From NCBI GenBank assembly GCA_965261285.1, contig OZ253457.1, positions 467,809 to 531,808 on the forward strand: 64,000 nt of DNA, in the 5' to 3' direction. Under the pieces are notes generated by a model. It was given only the letters and a program-made list of their open reading frames with translations, did no database searches and was not told the DNA's origin. The DNA is from Vicinamibacterales bacterium (GTDB taxonomy: Bacteria; Acidobacteriota; Vicinamibacteria; Vicinamibacterales; UBA8438). Below are positions 47,079 to 56,589 of the stretch, one piece after another; the first letter of the stretch is position 1, and each line of letters starts with the position of its first letter. Position numbers and translations under genes: made by a program.

Positions 47079-50000
47079 ATGAGGTTGGGTAGGTTCCTTG
47101 CGGTCGCGGCGGCAGTTCTGCTGCTCGCGCCCGCTGTGGCCGTGGCACAGAGCTCGATTGGGGGCACGGTCACGGACGACACCGGGGGCGTGCTGCCCGG
47201 TGTGACGGTCGAGGCGTCGAGCGACGTCCTCATCGAGGGGTCCCGTGTCGTCTTCACCGACGGCACCGGCTCCTACAACATCATCGACCTGCGGCCGGGC
47301 GAGTACACCGTCGTCTTCACCCTGCCCGGGTTCGGCACGCTCGTGCGTGACCAGCTCATCCTCGGCGCCGACGTGGCTCTGCCGATCGACGCGGTGATGT
47401 CGGTCGGCTCGGTCGAGGAGACCATCACGGTCTCCGGCGAGACGCCGGTGGTCGACGTGCAGCAGGTGCAGCGCATCGAGGTCATGACCCGCGAGACGCA
47501 GGAAGCGATTCCGACCGGCCGCAGCATGTGGTCGTACGCGCTCCTGATCCCGGGCGTGAAGGTCCACAAGCCGGACGTGGGCGGCACCGCCGGGGTGCAG
47601 CAGTCCGAGATGATGGGCCGGGGTGTCGACGCGTCGCACACGACCATCGAGGTCGACGGGATGATGATCAACACGATGATCAGCGACGGCCGGTACCAGG
47701 CCTACCTGAACCCGATGCTGGCGGCGGAGACGTCGTACACGACGGCGGGGCAGGGGGCGGAGACCCAGACCGGCGGTCTGCGCATCAACATGATCCCGAA
47801 CGAAGGCGGCAACCAGTTCAGCGGGAACTGGTTCACGGGCTTCACGCCGGGGAACTGGCAGGCCGACAACCTCAATCCCGCGGCGCAGGCCCAGGGCATC
47901 CAGCAGGCGACGGGCGTGGGCCTGATCTACGACAACAACGGGGCCATCGGCGGCCCGGTGTTCCGCGACCGTCTGTGGTTCTTCTCGACCGGCCGCTGGA
48001 ACGGGGTGAACAACGAGATCACCAACAGCGTGAACCCCGACTACACGCAGGGGCTGGACAACAACACCATCCACAGCGCCAACGTGCGGCTGACGTGGCA
48101 GATGACGCAGCAGCACAAGATCTCGGCGATGTTCGACAAGGTGCGGAAGCGTCGGTTCAGCAACCACGGCCCGGGCGTCGACCTCAACACGGCGGCGTCG
48201 TCGTGGACGTCACCGCACTACGACACGGGGACGGCGAAGTGGACGGGGACGCTGTCGAACCGGATGCTGGCCGAGTTCGGGTTCTCGCTGATCTACGAGG
48301 ACTGGGACCCCGGCTACTACCGGTACCGCGACGACGGCAACCTCATCTTCCAGCCTAAGCCCGACGCGTCGTCGCTGGCGACCTGCTCCGAGACGCCGTG
48401 CTTCCCCGAGGTGGGCTCGGCGCGGCACATGGCGCAGATGTCGCCGGCGATGGGCGGCGACCCCTGGTACAGCCAGGTCCCCACCCGGGACGGTCGGGCC
48501 GGTCTGCACTTCGGGGCCAAGGGCGGTGGCGAGAACAACAACTACACGCACCGCTGGGCCTACCAGAGCGCGCTGTCCTACGTCACCGGCTCGCACAGCT
48601 TCAAGTTCGGGATGAACTTCTCGAACGGCCACAATCGCCACACCAGCAACAGCAACGGCAACCTGTTCGCCTACTACGACGACGGCATCCATCCCCTGGC
48701 CGACGATCCGAACTCGGTCGCCTACATCCAGAACCAGCCGATGCTCTACGGCGTGCCCTGGTACAACTGCGACCATCCCCAGGCGGACGCGAACAAGGAC
48801 GCCGGCACCATCCAGGGGAACTGCGGCCTGATGGGCGCTCCCGACCGGGTCGCCATCTACGGCCACCCGACCAACCTGGACTACAAGCTGGACTACAACG
48901 GCGGTTTCTACGCGCAGGACTCCTGGACCATCGACCGGCTGACCCTCAACTACGGCATGCGCGTCGACTTCGCGGCGATCTCGGTCCCCGAGGCGCCGAA
49001 GGGCTCGGGCCGGTTCGTGCCGGCGCAGCTTCAGCCGGGGCGCCTGCAGAGCGAGCTGCCGAGCTTCGGCCCGGACTTCTCGCCGCGGCTGAGCGTGGCC
49101 TATGACGTGTTCGGCGACGCCCGGACGGCGCTGAAGTTCGGCTGGAACCGGTACGTGCGCGACATCGGCGGCACCCTCGCCGCCCGCTACGCGTACGGCT
49201 TCTCCAGTACGGACGGCCGCGACTGGTGGGATTGCCACATGAACGCGGCCGGTGACGCCTGCACGGGGATGAACCCGTACGGGAGCAACCTCGACGGCGT
49301 CGTCCAGAACTGGGAGATCGGCCAACGCGAGTCGGATACGTTCGGGTCGATCACCTCCCCCGGCCGGACCCCCGACATCACCGCGCGCGAGTACAACCGC
49401 ATCTGGACGGCCGGCATCCAGCAGGAGGTTTTCCCAGGCATCTCGCTTAGCGGCGAGTACCGCCAGCGCTCGTTCCACAACACGTGGTGGGACGACAACC
49501 CGAACTGGGAGTTCTCGCACTTCGGCGCCGACGCGATGGGCAACCCGCTGCCCGAGTTCGCGGGCATCCGGCATTTCCAGGTCGCGCGGCCGTACCCGAT
49601 GGTGGGTCACTTCACCGCGTTCAGCATCGAGCCGGGGGTGCGGACCAACAACGAGGGCTTCACCGACCGTACGCGGGGCCCGGGCTTCACCAACGTGTAC
49701 CGGGGCTTCGAGCTGAGCATCCAGGGCCGGCTGCCCGGCGGCGGCACCCTGTTCGGCGGCTGGTCGATGGAGGACACGGGCCGGACGTCGATCTACGGCT
49801 ACGACACCAACAGCGGGGCGGGCAGCCGTTACGGCGGCGAGGTCAACAACTGCTCCGACATCATCGAGCGGGGCGACGAGCCGCACCAGCTTCGGTTCTG
49901 CGACGCCTCGAAGTATCCGCGGCCGTTCCGGAACGAGTTCAAGCTGTCGGGCACGCAGCCGTTCTCGATGCCGCTCATCGGCGACATGCAGATGGGCTTC

Positions 50001-50486
50001 TCGCTGCAGGCATATCCGGGCGGCCTCGGCGACTGGGGCGGCCTGCAGGAGGGCCTCAGCATCAGCCGCACGTCGAGCAACCACAAGTACAACTCCTACT
50101 CGCAGGAGCTGTACGGTCAGCCCGGCCATTGCGTGGCGCCGTGCGTGCTCGGGGCGAGGATCGTGCCCGACAACATCACCACGGTCGAGCGGAGCACGTC
50201 GAGCGCGTGGTATCCGATGGTCCCGCTGAGCAGTGTGAAGTTCGAGCCGTACTGGACGCAGCTCGACGTGAATATCCAGAAGGTGTTCAACATCGGGAGC
50301 TGGCGGTACGACACGCGGTTCTCGTTCTACAACGTCCTCAACAACGGCGTTGTCCTCGACCAAGGGGGGTCGCGTAACGCGAGCGGGAGCACCGGGGCCG
50401 ACTACCAGGCCCTGAGCGCCTGGGAACGCGGCAACCGGATGCTGGAAGGCCGCGTCATCCAGTTCGCGGTCACCATGCGCTTCTAG
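47079..50486 (+). CDS. TonB-dependent receptor with carboxypeptidase-regulatory-like domain, copy 2
   Basis: This is the in-frame part of track ORF 47052..50486, starting from MRLGRFLAVAAAVLLLAPAVAVA with a gaggagg RBS. The N-terminal roughly 250 aa are near-identical to copy 1, and the middle region is more divergent. Confidence 0.9.
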   Translation: MRLGRFLAVAAAVLLLAPAVAVAQSSIGGTVTDDTGGVLPGVTVEASSDVLIEGSRVVFTDGTGSYNIIDLRPGEYTVVFTLPGFGTLVRDQLILGADVALPIDAVMSVGSVEETITVSGETPVVDVQQVQRIEVMTRETQEAIPTGRSMWSYALLIPGVKVHKPDVGGTAGVQQSEMMGRGVDASHTTIEVDGMMINTMISDGRYQAYLNPMLAAETSYTTAGQGAETQTGGLRINMIPNEGGNQFSGNWFTGFTPGNWQADNLNPAAQAQGIQQATGVGLIYDNNGAIGGPVFRDRLWFFSTGRWNGVNNEITNSVNPDYTQGLDNNTIHSANVRLTWQMTQQHKISAMFDKVRKRRFSNHGPGVDLNTAASSWTSPHYDTGTAKWTGTLSNRMLAEFGFSLIYEDWDPGYYRYRDDGNLIFQPKPDASSLATCSETPCFPEVGSARHMAQMSPAMGGDPWYSQVPTRDGRAGLHFGAKGGGENNNYTHRWAYQSALSYVTGSHSFKFGMNFSNGHNRHTSNSNGNLFAYYDDGIHPLADDPNSVAYIQNQPMLYGVPWYNCDHPQADANKDAGTIQGNCGLMGAPDRVAIYGHPTNLDYKLDYNGGFYAQDSWTIDRLTLNYGMRVDFAAISVPEAPKGSGRFVPAQLQPGRLQSELPSFGPDFSPRLSVAYDVFGDARTALKFGWNRYVRDIGGTLAARYAYGFSSTDGRDWWDCHMNAAGDACTGMNPYGSNLDGVVQNWEIGQRESDTFGSITSPGRTPDITAREYNRIWTAGIQQEVFPGISLSGEYRQRSFHNTWWDDNPNWEFSHFGADAMGNPLPEFAGIRHFQVARPYPMVGHFTAFSIEPGVRTNNEGFTDRTRGPGFTNVYRGFELSIQGRLPGGGTLFGGWSMEDTGRTSIYGYDTNSGAGSRYGGEVNNCSDIIERGDEPHQLRFCDASKYPRPFRNEFKLSGTQPFSMPLIGDMQMGFSLQAYPGGLGDWGGLQEGLSISRTSSNHKYNSYSQELYGQPGHCVAPCVLGARIVPDNITTVERSTSSAWYPMVPLSSVKFEPYWTQLDVNIQKVFNIGSWRYDTRFSFYNVLNNGVVLDQGGSRNASGSTGADYQALSAWERGNRMLEGRVIQFAVTMRF

Positions 50487-50538
50487 CGCACGGTCGTCGC
50501 CGCCTGCTTCGGCGGGCGGCGAATCCTGCCTTCGTTCC

Positions 50539-50570
50539 GGAGCCGGGAGAGAGCCCTCTCTCTCGGCTCC
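50539..50570 (+). terminator. terminator-like hairpin after TBDR copy 2
   Basis: ggagccgggagaga gccc tctctctcggctcc (14-bp stem with one G-U pair). It is homologous to the hairpin at 46904. A second hairpin lies at about 50503-50528. Confidence 0.5.
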
Positions 50571-50896
50571 GTTCCTCCGAAAGCCTCAGGGAGCCCGGGT
50601 GCACTTCTCCTGCTCCGCCCCGGCGACTCACTTCGTCAGGACCCCAGTGTCGGTGCGTGGATCGTGGAGGACGGTACATGGCGCGCCCGGTACGCGTGCT
50701 GCCCCTTCGCCCGCGCTTGCTCCGGTCACGCGCCGGCCGTCCCCCGGCTCATGCGGTGACCGGTGCGGGTGCGCCGCTCAATGATGGCGGTGGTCCGGCG
50801 CCGGTCTCGTGTGGCACGCGGCGCAACTGCTCGGCAGCCGCCCTGGCGACCTCCTGTAGCAGATTCGCCCTGTTCCCGGCCGGCGGCGGGCCCCCT

Positions 50897-51295
50897 TCAT
50901 GGCGAGCCGCGCCCACCCTGCAAGTGACTCAGTGCGAGCCGCGCCAGCAGTCCGGACCGCGTGGTTCCCTCCCGGCGGGCCGCCTCATCGAGCGGCCCCA
51001 CGATACGAGCCGGCAACGTGATGTTCAGCCGCGCCGCTCGGTCGGGCGCCGGGTCCGGGGGCTCGACTTCGACGACGGCGACCCGGCCGCCTTCCGGGTC
51101 GATGCTGACGGACGGCGCGGGCACGGGCTCGCCGTACGCCTGCGTGCATTCGATCCACGCCTGGACGGCTTCGACGGCGCCGGCAAGTGCTTCCGCGGTC
51201 GTGTCGCCTACCGACGTGCACCCGGGCAGGTCCGGCACCGTGACCCCCACCGGCCCATCCGGCCGATCCTGATGGAGCACCGCGAGGTAGCGCAT
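50897..51295 (-). CDS. hicB: HicB-family antitoxin with C-terminal RHH domain
   Basis: This is the in-frame part of track ORF 50897..51313, starting from MRYLAVLHQDRPDGPVGVTVPDLPGCTSVGDT (HicB/UPF0150 fold). The RHH-like tail is RLNITLPARIVGPLDEAARREGTTRSGLLARLA. Confidence 0.85.
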   Translation of the reverse strand: MRYLAVLHQDRPDGPVGVTVPDLPGCTSVGDTTAEALAGAVEAVQAWIECTQAYGEPVPAPSVSIDPEGGRVAVVEVEPPDPAPDRAARLNITLPARIVGPLDEAARREGTTRSGLLARLALSHLQGGRGSP

Positions 51296-51498
51296 TACTT
51301 TCTCCCTTCCCACGTCCAGCGCGCCGCCCGGTAGATGTTACGCACCGTCCCAATCGGGATGTCGTGGCGCGGATGCGCCACGACCACGAGGCCCGCCCGG
51401 TTCGGCCGGCGGAACACGTGATGACTGCCGCGTACGCGATCCAGCTTCCAGCCCTCACGCTTCAGCCGCTTGATGATGTGTGCGCTATCTATACACAT
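51295..51498 (-). CDS. hicA: HicA-family mRNA interferase toxin
   Basis: This is the last 67 aa of track ORF 51295..51999: MCIDSAHIIKRLKREGWKLDRVRGSHHVFRRPNRAGLVVVAHPRHDIPIGTVRNIYRAARW. Its stop overlaps the hicB ATG by 1 nt. An AT-rich dyad, tatac-N5-gtata, spans its start. Confidence 0.85.
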   Translation of the reverse strand: MCIDSAHIIKRLKREGWKLDRVRGSHHVFRRPNRAGLVVVAHPRHDIPIGTVRNIYRAARWTWEGRK

Positions 51499-51757
51499 AG
51501 TATACGTACTACACAGTCGGAGATGCGAGGGTCCGGGCCGACTCTGCGGGGGCTTCGCTGGACGGCAACAGCTCCACCTGACCGGCGCCGCGCGGCGGTT
51601 CGCATCCCGGGAGGACATCGTGTCCGTCAAGGGAGGATCGCGGGAGCGTCGTCGCCCTGAGCGACCACCGCGCGCGGAAGCGTTCAGAAGCAGGCGACAT
51701 GGCTCCACGCTGATCGCGTGGGCACGGACCTGACAAGTCGCCTCGACGAGCTGGACG

Positions 51758-53017
51758 ATGCTCTGGCGACGTTCGAGCGGGCGCAGCCGGGAAGAGGGAG
51801 CGTTGCCGTCGCCGGCGGGTTGCCCTACACTGAGTGAAGTGATCCCGGACGTGTTCAAGCCCGGCAACGGCGCATTCCCGCCGGCGCTCACCGGACGCGA
51901 GCGCGAGCAGGCGGTATTGACGCGGTCTCTCGCCGACCTGTCCGCCGGCGAGGCCTCGCCGCACGACATCGTGCTGACGGGCCCGCGCGGCAACGGCAAG
52001 ACCGTGCTGCTTCACTGGTTCGAGCGCGCCTGCCGCGATGCCGGCGGCGTGGACGTCGAGCGGATAGCGCCCAGCGAAGTGCGGACCGGGGAGGCGTTGG
52101 CCGGCCGGTTGCTGCCGCCGACCGGGATCAGGAAGCTGCTGCCCGCGCGACTCAGCGTCGGCGTCACCGGCGTCGGGAGGGCCGAATGGCCGGCGTCGGG
52201 TCCATCCGAACGGAGCCTGACGAAGGGACTGGTCGCCCGGTGCCGGAGGAGACCGCTGGTCGTCCTGCTGGATGAAGCGCATACGCTCGACCTCGACGTT
52301 GGACGCCTGTTGCTGAACGCCAGCCAGGATGTCCGCGCCGACGCTCCTTTCCTGCTGGTGCTGGCCGGGACGCCGGGGCTGGCGGAGCATCTCGGCGCCA
52401 TGAACGCGTCGTTCTGGGACCGGTTGGACGATGGATGCCTGGGCATCGGTCGGCTGAGCCGCACGGCTGCCCGGGCCGCCCTGGCGGAGCCGCTGGAGGC
52501 CCACGACGTGACCATCGACGCCGAGGCCCTGGATGCGGTGGTCGAGGACAGCCAGCACTATCCGTACTTCATCCAGGTCTGGGGGCGCGCCCTGTGGCGG
52601 CAGCGCACGACCACCGGCGCGACCCATCTGACCGCCGTCCACAGCAGTGCGGCGCGGCGCGACGTGGTCGCCCGCGTTACGGACTACTACGAAGTTCGCT
52701 ATCTCGAGCTGGATCGATCAGGCCGTTTGGCCGTGGCCGAGCACGTGGCCGCCAGAGCCAGGTGTTGCCCCACGTTGTCCTACGAAGAGCTGAAGGCCGC
52801 CGTCGCCGAGGGTCTCGCGCCGGACCCGCCCCGACAGGCGGTGCATGAGGCCCTGGCCGACTTGCAGCGTCTGGGCTTCGTCTGGCGTCCGCCCGGACAG
52901 GCGCCGCCGGCTCGCTACGAGCCCGGCATTCCGTCGTTGATGGACCACGTGCTCGGCCACGCCTCGTCTTCTCCAGGTTCCGGTGTACCGGCCGTAGCGG
53001 GGGTGCGCGACGGATGA
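51758..53017 (+). CDS. AAA/Arch_ATPase-like ATP-binding protein with C-terminal winged-helix-like region
   Basis: Track ORF of 419 aa. LTGREREQAVL precedes Walker A GPRGNGKT and Walker B VVLLDEAH. The start is uncertain (ATG 51758 or GTG 51839). Its stop overlaps the next gene's ATG (ATGA). Confidence 0.75.
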   Translation: MLWRRSSGRSREEGALPSPAGCPTLSEVIPDVFKPGNGAFPPALTGREREQAVLTRSLADLSAGEASPHDIVLTGPRGNGKTVLLHWFERACRDAGGVDVERIAPSEVRTGEALAGRLLPPTGIRKLLPARLSVGVTGVGRAEWPASGPSERSLTKGLVARCRRRPLVVLLDEAHTLDLDVGRLLLNASQDVRADAPFLLVLAGTPGLAEHLGAMNASFWDRLDDGCLGIGRLSRTAARAALAEPLEAHDVTIDAEALDAVVEDSQHYPYFIQVWGRALWRQRTTTGATHLTAVHSSAARRDVVARVTDYYEVRYLELDRSGRLAVAEHVAARARCCPTLSYEELKAAVAEGLAPDPPRQAVHEALADLQRLGFVWRPPGQAPPARYEPGIPSLMDHVLGHASSSPGSGVPAVAGVRDG

Positions 53018-54831
53018 GGCCGGGGACTGCGGAACGGCCGGCGGTTCGAGCGAGACTCCCGGTCTGGGGGCTGGCCGCCCTCGCGGCCGCCTGCGGGCCG
53101 CCCGCGGGACCCGCGCCGGACGCTTCCGTCGATGCGACTCCCGCGACCGGGGCCGCGGCCGGTGAGGCGTGGTTCACCGACCGCGCGGCGGCGGCGGGCA
53201 TCGACTTCGTCCACTTCAACGGCATGTCCGGCGAGTACTACTTCAACGAGGTCCTCGGCTCGGGCGGGGCCCTGTTCGACTTCGACAACGACGGCGACCT
53301 CGACGTCTACCTGCTGCAGGGGCAGATGCTCGGGCCCGGCCGGACGCTGGACGACGCCCTCTTCCCGCCGGCGGCGGGGCGGCCCCTGACCGACCGGCTC
53401 TACCGCAACGATCTCGAGGTCGCCCCGGGCGGCGCTCGCACCCTGCGCTTCACCGACGTGACGGCGGGGAGCGGACTCGACGTCGGCACCTACGGCATGG
53501 GGGTGGCCGCCGGCGACTTCGACAACGACGGCTGGACCGACCTCTACCGTACGCGGCAGGGGCCGAACCAGCTCTTCCGGAACAACGGCGACGGCACGTT
53601 CACCGACGTGGGCGCGGCCAGCGGCACCGACGACCCGCTGTGGGGCGTGGCCGCCTCCTTCGTCGACGCCGACCACGACGGCTGGCTCGACCTCTACGTC
53701 GGCAACTACGTCGACTACGAGCCGGGCGACGGCGACCGGTGCCGGACCGCGACCGACGAGCCGAGCTACTGCGCCCCCCAGAGCTATCCCTATCAGCCCG
53801 ATCGCCTCTACCGGAACCGCGGGGACGGCACGTTCGACGACGTGACGGCGGAGGCGGGCATCGACGCCGCATTCGGCCCCGCCCTCGGCGTCGTCGCCGC
53901 GGACCTGAACGCGGACGGCCTCGTCGACATCTACGTCGCCAACGACGGCGAGCCCAACCAGTTGTGGATGAACGAGGGCGCGTGGCGCTTCCGCGACGAC
54001 GCGCTGCTCGCCGGGGTGGCCGTCAACGCGGTGGGGGCGGCGGAGGCGAGCATGGGCGTCGACCTGGGCGACGTGGACGGCGACGGCGACGGCGACCTGT
54101 TCATGACCCACGTCAGCGCCGAGACGAACACGTTCTACGTCAACGACGGCTCGGGCTTCTTCGCCGACCGGAGCGCCGAGGCGGGGCTCGGGGCGCCCAG
54201 CCTGCCGTACACCGGCTTCGGCGCGGCGTGGTTCGACGCCGACAACGACACGTGGCTCGACGCCCTCGTCGTCAACGGCGCGGTGCGGACCATCGAGGCC
54301 CTCGCCCGCGTCGACGACCCTTTCCCGCTGCACGAGCCCAACCACCTGTTCCGCAACCTCGGCGGCGGCCGGTTCGAGGACATCTCGGACCGGGCGGGGG
54401 AGGTGTTCGCGCTCTCGGAGGTCAGCCGCGGGGCCGCCTTCGGCGACGTCGACAACGACGGCGACGTCGACGTGCTGGTGACCAACAACAACGGGCCGGC
54501 GCGCCTCCTGATCAACGAGGTCGGTCACCGCCGCCGCTGGCTGGGGCTGCGCCTCGTCGGCGGGCCCGAGGCCCCGCGCGACATGCTGGGGGCGCGGGTG
54601 GCGGTGTTACCGGCCGGCGGCGGGCCGCCCCTCTGGCGCCGCGCCCGCGCCGACGGCAGCTACGCGTCGGCCAACGACCCGCGCGTGCTGGTGGGCCTCG
54701 GCGAGGCGGCCGCGGTGGAGCGGGTGCGGGTGATCTGGCCGAGCGGCCGGACGGAGGAATGGACCGGCGTGGAGGTCGACGGCTGGACGACGCTGGCGGA
54801 AGGTACGGGCACGGCCGGGGGGGCGCGATGA
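53014..54831 (+). CDS. CRTAC1-family lipoprotein (FG-GAP/VCBS + ASPIC/UnbV), copy b
   Basis: Track ORF of 605 aa with a lipobox (LAAACG). It has the same repeat architecture as 30565..32361 and long blocks of identity (FVHFNGM, DFDNDGDLD, LYRNDLE, GMGVAAGD(F/Y)DNDGW). Confidence 0.85.
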   Translation: MRPGTAERPAVRARLPVWGLAALAAACGPPAGPAPDASVDATPATGAAAGEAWFTDRAAAAGIDFVHFNGMSGEYYFNEVLGSGGALFDFDNDGDLDVYLLQGQMLGPGRTLDDALFPPAAGRPLTDRLYRNDLEVAPGGARTLRFTDVTAGSGLDVGTYGMGVAAGDFDNDGWTDLYRTRQGPNQLFRNNGDGTFTDVGAASGTDDPLWGVAASFVDADHDGWLDLYVGNYVDYEPGDGDRCRTATDEPSYCAPQSYPYQPDRLYRNRGDGTFDDVTAEAGIDAAFGPALGVVAADLNADGLVDIYVANDGEPNQLWMNEGAWRFRDDALLAGVAVNAVGAAEASMGVDLGDVDGDGDGDLFMTHVSAETNTFYVNDGSGFFADRSAEAGLGAPSLPYTGFGAAWFDADNDTWLDALVVNGAVRTIEALARVDDPFPLHEPNHLFRNLGGGRFEDISDRAGEVFALSEVSRGAAFGDVDNDGDVDVLVTNNNGPARLLINEVGHRRRWLGLRLVGGPEAPRDMLGARVAVLPAGGGPPLWRRARADGSYASANDPRVLVGLGEAAAVERVRVIWPSGRTEEWTGVEVDGWTTLAEGTGTAGGAR

Positions 54832-54917
54832 TGGAGAGACGGTCGCCTCGGCTCCCGGCGAACGCCCCCCGGGCGTGGTGCAACGCGGGTTCTCGCCACG
54901 GACTGCCGGTGACGGCC

Positions 54918-56567
54918 ATGTGGCGCACGATGCTGCCGTGCGGCGTGCTCGCGGCCTGTCTTCTGGCCGCGTGCGGGTCGCCCCGGGTCGCCGTCGACGA
55001 CGTCGATATTCTGCCGGTGGAGCTGCCCGACCTGTCGGGCATGCACGAAGCGGTGCAGGGCCAGCTTCGCGACGCCCACCGGGCCCTCGAGCCCGCTGCC
55101 TCGTCGGGGCCCGGCGAGCTGGGAGACGCCTACGGCCGCCTGGGCATGCTCCTGATGGCCGGCCAGTACCACGACGCCGCGGAGACCTGCCTCCTGAATG
55201 CGCGTCGGCTCGCGCCGGAGAGATTCAGGTGGGCCTACTACCTGGGGCACGTCTACGAGCGGCGCGGAGACCTGGAAGAGGCCGCCGACGCCTTCGAGCG
55301 AGCGCACGACCAGCGGCCGCGCGACTTCCCCACGCTGTTCTGGCTGATCAACGTCAACGTCGAGCTGGGCCGTCAGGATGTCGTGCAGCCGCTCCTGGAA
55401 CAGGCGCGCGCGCTCCAGCCGGGCTCCGAGGCGATGCGGTTTCAGCTCGGGCGGGCGGCCCTCGCGGCGGGAGACCATGCGGCCGCCGTCGATCATCTGG
55501 AAGCGGTCCTGCGTCAGAACCCCGCCGCCACCGTCGCGCACTACCCGCTGGGCATGGCCTACCGCGGCCTCGGCGACCTCGATCAGGCCCGCCGGCACCT
55601 CGATCGGAGCGGCGGGCGCACGGACGGCGGCTACTCCGCCGGCGTCGGGGTCTCCATGTCGGATTCCCTGATGGAAGAGCTGCGAAACGCGCTTCGCAGC
55701 CCCCAGCGCCATCGGACCCTCGCGCTGCAGGCCGACGCCAACGGCGACCGCGAGGAAGCCGTCCGCCAGTTCCGCCTGGCCGTCGAGCTGGAGCCCGACG
55801 ACGCCGACCTGCAGCTCAGCCTCGGCATGGCCCTCGACCGGGCCGGGCGTGCCCGCGAGGCCCTCGTCGAGCTCGAGGCCGCCCTTCGGCTCGATCCGCG
55901 GTCGGCCCAGGCCAACTACATGCTCGGGACCCTCTTCGAGCGGGCGGGCAGGGACGCGGAGGCGATTGCACGCTACGCCGCCGCCACCGAGATCGCCCCG
56001 GAGTCGGTCGAGGCGCAGCTTCGCCTGGCCGACGCCTACAGCCGGACGGCGCGCGGGAACGAGGCGCTTCAGCACTACCGGCGCGTGCTCGAGGTCTCTC
56101 CCGACTCCGTCGCGAGCCGTTTCGGCGAGGCCGTGGCCCTGGTCCGCCTGGGCCGCCACCGCGAGGCGCGCGACCGGTTCGCGGCGGCGCGCGAGCGCCA
56201 TCCCGACCAGCCCGTCCTGGCGATGGCCCTGGCCCGCCTGCTCGCCGCGTCTCCCGACCCCGGCGTGCGGAACGGACCCGCGGCCGCCGCCCTCGCCGAG
56301 ACCCTCGTCGCCACCGTCAAGACCACCGCCGCGGCCGAGACGATGGCCATGGCCCTGGCCGAGGTCGGCCAGTTCGCGGGCGCCGCGGAGTGGCAACGCC
56401 TCGCCATCGACGTCGCCCGCGACGCCGGACGCAGCGACCTGGCGCAGCCCATGTCCGCCAACCTGGCCTCGTACATGCGCGGAGACCCCAGCCGGACCCT
56501 CTGGCGCGACGACGAGCCCGAGTTCCGGCCCGGCCTTCCCGTGGAGCCGGGCCTGCTGGGGCCGTGA
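54918..56567 (+). CDS. TPR-repeat lipoprotein, copy b
   Basis: This is the in-frame part of track ORF 53169..56567. MWRTMLPCGVLAACLLAACGS is a lipobox. An alternative ATG at 54828 overlaps the upstream stop (ATGA). The protein is homologous to 32363..33721 and also carries the C-terminal module shared with 33899..37054. Confidence 0.8.
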   Translation: MWRTMLPCGVLAACLLAACGSPRVAVDDVDILPVELPDLSGMHEAVQGQLRDAHRALEPAASSGPGELGDAYGRLGMLLMAGQYHDAAETCLLNARRLAPERFRWAYYLGHVYERRGDLEEAADAFERAHDQRPRDFPTLFWLINVNVELGRQDVVQPLLEQARALQPGSEAMRFQLGRAALAAGDHAAAVDHLEAVLRQNPAATVAHYPLGMAYRGLGDLDQARRHLDRSGGRTDGGYSAGVGVSMSDSLMEELRNALRSPQRHRTLALQADANGDREEAVRQFRLAVELEPDDADLQLSLGMALDRAGRAREALVELEAALRLDPRSAQANYMLGTLFERAGRDAEAIARYAAATEIAPESVEAQLRLADAYSRTARGNEALQHYRRVLEVSPDSVASRFGEAVALVRLGRHREARDRFAAARERHPDQPVLAMALARLLAASPDPGVRNGPAAAALAETLVATVKTTAAAETMAMALAEVGQFAGAAEWQRLAIDVARDAGRSDLAQPMSANLASYMRGDPSRTLWRDDEPEFRPGLPVEPGLLGP

Positions 56568-56589
56568 CCCGCCCGGCGATCTCGAACCC

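Noticed and set aside
50600-50896. Possible small gene or element between the TBDR2 terminators and hicB
   Set aside because: Only GC-shadow ORFs are present (50657..51334 + is antisense to hicB). No RBS or start context and no motif were seen.
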